Below, piece after piece: positions 56,324 through 64,000 of a stretch of DNA of 64,000 nucleotides. The position numbers were made by a program, and so were the translations under genes. Each line of letters starts with the position of its first letter. Position 1 is the stretch's first letter. Source of the stretch: Octopus sinensis. Taxonomy: Eukaryota. Location of the stretch: NCBI RefSeq assembly GCF_006345805.1, contig NC_043023.1:12710001-12774000 (forward strand). The letters run 5' to 3'. The notes beneath the pieces are model-generated. The model did not search any database. It was not told the origin of the DNA and saw only the letters and a list, made by a program, of their open reading frames with translations.

Positions 56324-56568
56324 TCTATATATATTTTTTTTTATTTTACAAACAAAAAGTGAAAACTGAAGTAATAGAATTTGAATTTTTGAAGTTGCGA
56401 TTGATAATTATTCTGTGACAATCAATAATATTGGGAAAATATAATCTGTACTTACCACATGTGTGGTAGATTTGCTGATTATTTTCAACAAATCTACCAC
56501 GCTTCTATTTCAAATTCTTTAACGTTGTCAGTTGTTACAGCAGCCACGTGGAAATTGGTCGAACATCT

Positions 56569-57522
56569 TTATTGCCCAGGATACAAATTCGCAGCTTGCA
56601 ATAAAAATTCATGAATCCTTTTGGGAGCAGGGCGGAAAGCTTGCATGAATTGGTATGTAGCTACATATTGTTTTAAGTAACACGATTTAATTCCTGCTCT
56701 TATGACGTTTTTTTTTAAGCTCCCCCAAAATCTTTCTATTGTCTGTGTATGTATAGATGGGTTTGTTGGATCTACAAAATTCTGGCTGTGATTTATCTTA
56801 AAATGCGTGTAGCCTAATGTATCTAACCTATTATATACGGGCCAACAATCACTATATACAGTTGAACCAGGTTTAATGTGGCGTCTAATTAATGGAATTA
56901 GTGTGGAAGAATCTCGCCTTAGAATTTCACCACATTCTGATGTCAGGGGTATCAAAAAATTTTTCTTGGAATCTCTTTCGATTCCGCCAAATAGCCAAAT
57001 AGTTTTCACAAGTCTCCCCCTGTTATATTTCCTCCTAACCAAGACTGTCTCATCTATTTCTACTTCTATTCCTGGCCCTCCAATTGGTGTTTGGGAATTT
57101 GTGGCCCAATGAAGACAGACTTCAGAGCAGAAGGACCTCCAATCAACCGACGTAGCAAGCGATATATCTAAATTCTCAATAACTGCTTGGTGCGACCAAT
57201 CTTCTGTTAAGAAATGGTTTACATACAAAAGAATTTTCCAGGGGGTTAATCTACTCCGATTCAAAAAGGTGTTCTTAAATATGGAAACAGAAAAACCACA
57301 TTCTGTCGCCTTCTGTCTTCTTCTGCGAACCATTTTCCTGCAACGAAATATATGTGTTCCATTTCGTAGAATACACGGTGAATTGCACGTCGGGCAATTC
57401 ACATTTCTTGGTATCACCCCATGTTCCCGAAAAAATTCTAATGCTGTTTCATCGTTAAGCCGAAATCTCGAAACCCCGTCATACAGACTCAGCTCGCACG
57501 GAATAACACACGATGCCATCAT
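56569..57522 (-). CDS. Merlin/IS1595-family (ISXO2-like) DDE transposase, 317 aa
   Basis: N-terminal zinc ribbon C43/C46/C61/C75; GGPGIEVEIDET (D157), RRKYNRGR, WLFGGIER, PGSTVYSDCW (D225), INHSQNFVDP, HTQTIERFW (E263). Confidence 0.95.
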   Translation of the reverse strand: MMASCVIPCELSLYDGVSRFRLNDETALEFFREHGVIPRNVNCPTCNSPCILRNGTHIFRCRKMVRRRRQKATECGFSVSIFKNTFLNRSRLTPWKILLYVNHFLTEDWSHQAVIENLDISLATSVDWRSFCSEVCLHWATNSQTPIGGPGIEVEIDETVLVRRKYNRGRLVKTIWLFGGIERDSKKNFLIPLTSECGEILRRDSSTLIPLIRRHIKPGSTVYSDCWPVYNRLDTLGYTHFKINHSQNFVDPTNPSIHTQTIERFWGSLKKNVIRAGIKSCYLKQYVATYQFMQAFRPAPKRIHEFLLQAANLYPGQ

Positions 57523-57636
57523 GCAAATTAAAATGACCAGATTAAAGATAAATTCAAATAATATTTTCGTTAAAGGGAAGAGTACGTCTAGTCACTGCGA
57601 ATACACAAATTTGAAAGGCTTTTCCACGCTGCCTGC

Positions 57637-57731
57637 GCACGCAATTAGGGCTGGCACTTCACGCAATTAGGGCTGGCACTTCCGGCAATGTGGTCACTCA
57701 ATGTGGTCAACCGGAAGTTGGGCTGGCACTT
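57637..57731. promoter_or_regulatory. Short direct repeats upstream of the transposase (candidate promoter)
   Basis: CACGCAATTAGGGCTGGCACTT twice (about 57637-57681), a third GGCTGGCACTT at 57721, CCGGAAGT at about 57711. Confidence 0.35.
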
Positions 57732-57845
57732 CCCAATATTATTGATTGTCACAGAATAATTATCAATCGCAACTTCAAAAATTCAAATTCCATTACTTCA
57801 GTTTTCACTTTTTGTTTGTAAAATAAAAAAAAATATATATATAGA

Positions 57846-58136
57846 CTAGCAGTATCGCCCGGCGTTGCTCGGGTTTGTAAGGGAAATAACTATAAAGCAT
57901 TTTTAGCAAAAATATTGAAAAATATTGAAAATAGCAAAAAATTGAAATTCTCGACCCCATGTCGAATTTATCGATTTTTTTCAGAACTGGGGGAACTTTT
58001 CAAAATTTTCGCTGCGTTGAATTATGACATTGGGTTATGTGTGTGTCAAGTTTCATCAGAATCGGTTGAAAGCCGTGGTCAGGGTGAGGGTACAACCTGA
58101 CAGACACACAGAAAAACTGCCGTTTATATATAGAGA
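57846..58136 (-). mobile_element. Mirror copy of the Helitron in the right Merlin TIR
   Basis: Reverse complement of 56026-56323 with an indel of about 7 bp. Confidence 0.82.
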
Positions 58137-59316
58137 TTTTTAGAGAGTTACTTCCCTTATGCCAACAATGCGTTTAAATGGTGAAAATTGATGGTAAATT
58201 TTTCTTTAAATCGTAGGCAATTTTCCGAGCGCCCTCCCCCCCCCCCGTTTGTCAGCGCGCTTTTTTTTCGTCATATTCCTTCAATATACGATGCCTTACA
58301 CCTCTTACACATATTTTTTTCCATTTTTGCCACCTGGGCGTGGATCCTCTACGGTTGATCCTGGGAATTTTCCGACCCCCTCCACCCCCGTTCGTCAGCG
58401 CCCTTTTTTTACGTCTTATTCCGTCAATATACGATGCCTTACAACTGTTACACATTTTAGATTCCAGGTTGATCCTGGGAATTTCCCCCCCCCCTTCCCC
58501 CCCCACCCCCGTTCGTCAGCGCCCCTTTTTTCCGTCTTATTACGTCAATATACGATGCCTTACAACTGTTACACATTTGCGTTTCCATTTTTTCCACCGG
58601 GTGCGGATCTAGATATTAACCGGTGGGAGAAAAGGGTTTCTGTTATCTTCAGAAATGTAAACAAAGCCACTGACGGTACCTATACCGAAGGATCGCCAAA
58701 AACTAATTTACTTTGTGTGAAAACAATTATTTATTTTGTGTTTTATTTACTTTGCTAGGTAGTCGTTGTAGGATCGACTAATCACGACTAACTATCGCGC
58801 GTGTGCGCACCGGGACCACTCTTTTTAAGTAGTACCAGAGAAAATTAGAACGATTAATCTATTTTTTTAACTATTTTATACTAAAAAATAAAATACGCAG
58901 AACGGGCACTCGCGAATATAAACAAACATGTATGTACGTATACATATGTATTTATGCATATATATGTATTATTATGTATACATATATGTGTGTGTGTAGG
59001 GTGAAAGAAATTGAATATTAATTAATAACATCAATTTCGTATGGATTTTGGCGTTTGGTTCAGCAAATTACGTTTTTGATATACTCTACCGATGATTCGA
59101 AAATGATTTGTAAGTAAAATTACACAATCTATTAACGATGAAACAATTGTATAGAGTTAATCCATTTTTTCGTTATTTTTCATTTGTCCTGCCCGCTTAC
59201 ATTCTTGGCGTGTTGAATTAATGCTTGAGAACAATTCTTTAGTGGTGGATTCCCTTTGCCGATCTATTTCTAGCATTAGAGTGACCACATGTGGTCCCTC
59301 TCTTAATACTTGTATG

Positions 59317-59347
<31 letters not shown>

Positions 59348-60429
59348 ATACAAATATATTTGTAGTGAATCTTGCACGCATGAAGTAGATTGGATCCACC
59401 AGAGCCAAAATTTTATTTAACCCTTCACCAAAATTTTTCCCACGGCAGAACAATAGAGAAATCTCTATACAGAATGTCGTAAAAGTTTCAATGCCTCAAT
59501 GGATTCTGACCCCTGCAAACATAGACATTAAATGGATGACAGTGTTGATGTTGTAAGATTTGCAATGTTGAATTACTATGTCGTTTAATGATTCTCTTTA
59601 TCTCACTGCTTCTTTTTTTTTTCTATTTCAGAATATAACATCCTGTTGATATGAAAGAAATTGCTTCATTCAGATGTGCCTCTGATATTTTATCAGCTCC
59701 CATCAACCAAAGGAAGATGATATATTTATAAGGAGCATTCATCAATACATCAAACTCATCTTATAAAGGAAATCTGTGAAAAACAACAGCAAAATATTTC
59801 TTCTGGACGATGGAATTAACAGCAACAATTTGAAGTCTTTGCTGTCTGGAATATAGAGGAGATGATTGTTTTACAGGTTAATTAAGCTTGGATAACTTTA
59901 CAAAGGGTTAGACGATTGTCACCTCTTGATTTAGATATTAAGCAAGATCACAGATGAAAGAAGCATAGCATTAAATTATTCTCTGAAGTTAGCAACACAA
60001 ATATATTCATAGAAATGAATTTTTTTCCTATTTCAGAATATCATACCATGTTGATTTAAAAGAAATTTCTTCATTCGGGATGTGTGTCTGATATTTTTAT
60101 TGACTTTCATCAATTAAAGGAAGACCATATATTCATAAGGCACATTCATCAAAACATCAGCTTCTTTATATAAATAAAATCTTCGACGAACGATGGGGAA
60201 ATATTTCTTCTGGATGATGGAATTAAGAGCAACATTTTTTTTGCCATCTGGAATGTAGAGATGATGATGAAAGTTTGAGTAACTTTACAGAAGAGTTAAC
60301 CAATTTATATCTTCTGTTTTAGATATTAAGCAAGATCACCAATGAAAGTAACATTTAATTATTCTCTGATGCATTTGAACACAAACATTCATAGAAATGA
60401 AACAGATACTATCATTGTGATATGTATAA

Positions 60430-61915
<1,486 letters not shown>

Positions 61916-61941
61916 TCGTATCAATATCAAAATTTATTACA

Positions 61942-62428
61942 ACCCGGCAGGACAAGTGAGACCATAACCCATGGTCTCTACCTGGGATGTAGCCAGTCCA
62001 CTTATGCATACCTTTCCTTCTTGGGACAGAAAACTCTACTACTGAAGACCTGTTGATGCAAGTGAGAATCAAAATCGAAATCAATCAACATCAATGGAAA
62101 TTGTAGCTGTGATACCAGTACTGGTTGCACGTAAAAAGCACCATCCGATTGTGGCCATTGCCAGCCACGCCTGGCCTCTGTGCCGGTGGCACATAAAAAG
62201 CAACGGCCGATCTTGGCCGAAGCCAGCCTCACCTGGCCCCTGTGCCGGTGGCACATGAAAAGCATCCACTACACTGACAGAGTAGTTGGCGTTTAGGAAG
62301 GGCATCCAGCTGTAGAGACACTGCCAGATCAGACTGCAACCTGGTGCAGCCTCCTGGTTTCCCAGACCCAGTCAACTGTCCAACCCATGCTAGCAGGGAA
62401 AACAGATGTTAAACAATGATGATGATGA
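61942..62428 (+). mobile_element. RTE-LINE 3' UTR element after ZF-7 (type A)
   Basis: Paralog of 14053-14608. Confidence 0.78.
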
Positions 62429-62490
62429 GGATTCTCTATTGTTTCCTGTGACAGACAGCTGTTCTTTTGTGTACTGGACATTTTCAATGT

Positions 62491-62765
62491 GGGCGCACTC
62501 GCGCAAGCTAGTCGTAAGTAGTCGATCCTACAATTTTTTTTATTAAACTAAGTAAATAAATTATTTATAGATCCGCGCCCAGGTGGCAAAAATGGAAAAA
62601 AATATGTGTAACAGGTGTAAGGCATCGTATATTGAAGGAATATGACGAAAAAAAAAAGCTCGCTGACAAAGGAGGGGGTGGGGACGGGGCTTGGAAAATT
62701 CACACGATCAACCGTACTAGATTGGCGCCCGGGTGGCAAAAATGGTAAAAAATGTGTAAAAGGTG
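62491..62765. mobile_element. MITE-2-like arm joined to diverged Merlin subterminal repeats
   Basis: GCGCACTCGCGCAAGCTAGTCGTAAGTAGTCGATCCTACAA, then TAGATCCGCGCCCAGGTGGCAAAAATGG...TGTAAGGCATCGTATATTGAAGG as in 55660-55945. Confidence 0.7.
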
Positions 62766-62879
62766 TATATATATACATGTATATATATATCACAGACACA
62801 CACACACACACTTACGTGCGCAAACACACATGCACACACACAGACAAACACGCACACACACATATTTCCATATCTGTGA

Positions 62880-63060
62880 CTTGTGTTTGTCCCAAGTCAA
62901 CGCTTCATTTTCGGTTTCGGCTGATTACGTCATCGTAACTTAGCAATTCGACAAAAGGAGAAGGAAGGAATGAGTAGCAGTCTGAAGAGAGATAAGCCCA
63001 GCCGTCGATGAGTATGAGTAAACACGCTGATGTGGTGCTCCAGCATGGCGGTCGTCCAAG
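62880..63060 (+). mobile_element. Old diverged SINE 3' half
   Basis: TGTGTTTGTCCC...GTAACTTAGCAATTCGACAAAAG...GGTGCTCCAGCATGGC resembles the reverse complement of 14760-14920. Confidence 0.55.
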
Positions 63061-63479
63061 AATCGAAACTAGCAAACTTCGGACGATAAAATCTACTTTG
63101 TAGGTAAATGGTGTCAAGGGAGAGAACTCTTATATATATATAAACCACATATATTTAAGAGTAGTCTCCCTTAAGACGTTAAAGACAGATGATAGAACTG
63201 AAGCGGTTTCGCAACGTTGTTCAAGGGAGCAAACTCTAGTACCATATATTTGTGAGTATTCTCCCTTGAAACCAATCGTTATGCCAGCAAACTGTACAGG
63301 GGTTGAGAGACGGAGATGGAGAGAGTCAGACCGACAAGCAGTCGGACGGTCACGTAAATCGGTGAATGAAGGATAGAAACGTATTCTGTGTCATTCCATA
63401 AATAATTCGGGTTTTTTTAAAATTTATTTTTCAAGATTAAGATAGGCAGTGTTTTTTTTTTTTAATCTAAAATGTTCTA

Positions 63480-63481
63480 CC

Positions 63482-63516
<35 letters not shown>

Positions 63517-63630
63517 ATATATATGTGTGTGTGTGTGTATATATTTATATATATATGTATATATATATATATATATATATGCACTCACACATACACACGC
63601 ATATATATATATATATATATATATATTTCA
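63480..63630. repeat. Compound (AT)n/(GT)n/(CA)n microsatellite
   Basis: Directly visible. Shorter (AT)n(GT)n tracts occur in intron 1 of each unit (about 4750, 11555, 19585, 29780, 38330, 46345, 59315). Confidence 0.95.
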
Positions 63631-63804
63631 TTTCATTTCATCTAATTTCAGCTCATGAGCTGTGGCCATGCTGGGGCACCACCATTTAAAACTTTGTCAA
63701 CAACCAGCCATGGGACTTGAACCCAGATCCCTTGGAGATGCATATTTATATGTATGTATATATATTTATGCATACATTCATATATACATACATATATATA
63801 TATA

Positions 63805-64000
63805 GGAGTTGAGGAACCTGTGGAAGAGGTAGACCCAGGAAAACCTGGGACGAGGTGGTGAAGCACAACCTTTGAACTTTAGGTCTCACCAAGGAAATGA
63901 CTAGAGACCGAGACCTATGGAAGTATGCTGTGCGTGAGAAGACCCGGCAAGACCCCTCAGAACAGTCAAAATCAAACCAAATCAACATCAGTGGAAATTG
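63805..64000 (+). mobile_element. RTE-clade LINE fragment: ORF C-terminus running into its 3' UTR
   Basis: Reads CGRGRPRKTWDEVVKHNL*TLGLTKEMTRDRDLWKYAVREKTRQD (GRP..TW / DR..W RTE motif), then ACCCGGCAAGAC...CAACATCAGTGGAAATTG, which is how the post-ZNF elements begin. Confidence 0.8.

Larger units (their letters stand above)
55393..58621 (-). mobile_element. Merlin (IS1016/IS1595-related) DNA transposon, apparently autonomous, in intron 1 of ZF-7
   Basis: TIR GGTTAATATCTAGATCCGCACCCGG, perfect 8-bp TSD GGTGGGAG (55385-55392 and 58622-58629), arms 55393-56437 and 57730-58621, transposase ORF in the core. Confidence 0.93.

Noticed and set aside
56569-57522. Bacterial IS1595 contamination
   Set aside because: It is embedded in a ZNF intron with a perfect TSD and a nested Helitron, and has motifs typical of eukaryotic Merlin.

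Overview
This is eukaryotic, AT-rich DNA, almost certainly octopus (inferred from an octopus-type tRNA/CORE SINE, RTE-LINE 3' tails ending in (ATG)n and CDICGKSF-type fingers). Bases 1 to about 62,490 are a head-to-tail tandem array of 7-12 kb units. Each unit carries one + strand C2H2 zinc-finger (ZNF) gene with a single coding exon: ZF-0 (3' end only) and ZF-1 to ZF-7, with ATGs at 5889, 12722, 20715, 30921, 39468, 48444 and 60448 and 15/15/18/22/15/7/17 finger units. Each unit has the same layout: CCAAT-CRE-ETS-CRE promoter block, short non-coding exon 1 with a GTGAGT donor, MITE-filled intron, acceptor, long leader with fossil fingers, finger array, and an RTE-LINE 3' tail directly after the stop. 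Only ZF-2 is uninterrupted. Unit-specific insertions are a 3.2-kb Merlin/IS1595 DNA transposon (intact 317-aa DDE transposase, 8-bp TSD, 0.9-1.0 kb TIRs each holding a Helitron), a 1-kb solo LTR, a Ginger-like MITE and two 0.9-kb palindromes. The most striking feature is an about 870-bp inverted array of about 10 fingers just upstream of the ZF-6 sense fingers, which could make a long hairpin dsRNA complementary to the whole ZNF family. Limits: all alignments were done by eye with no database searches, expression and splicing are inferred, and some 1-bp frameshifts may be assembly errors.
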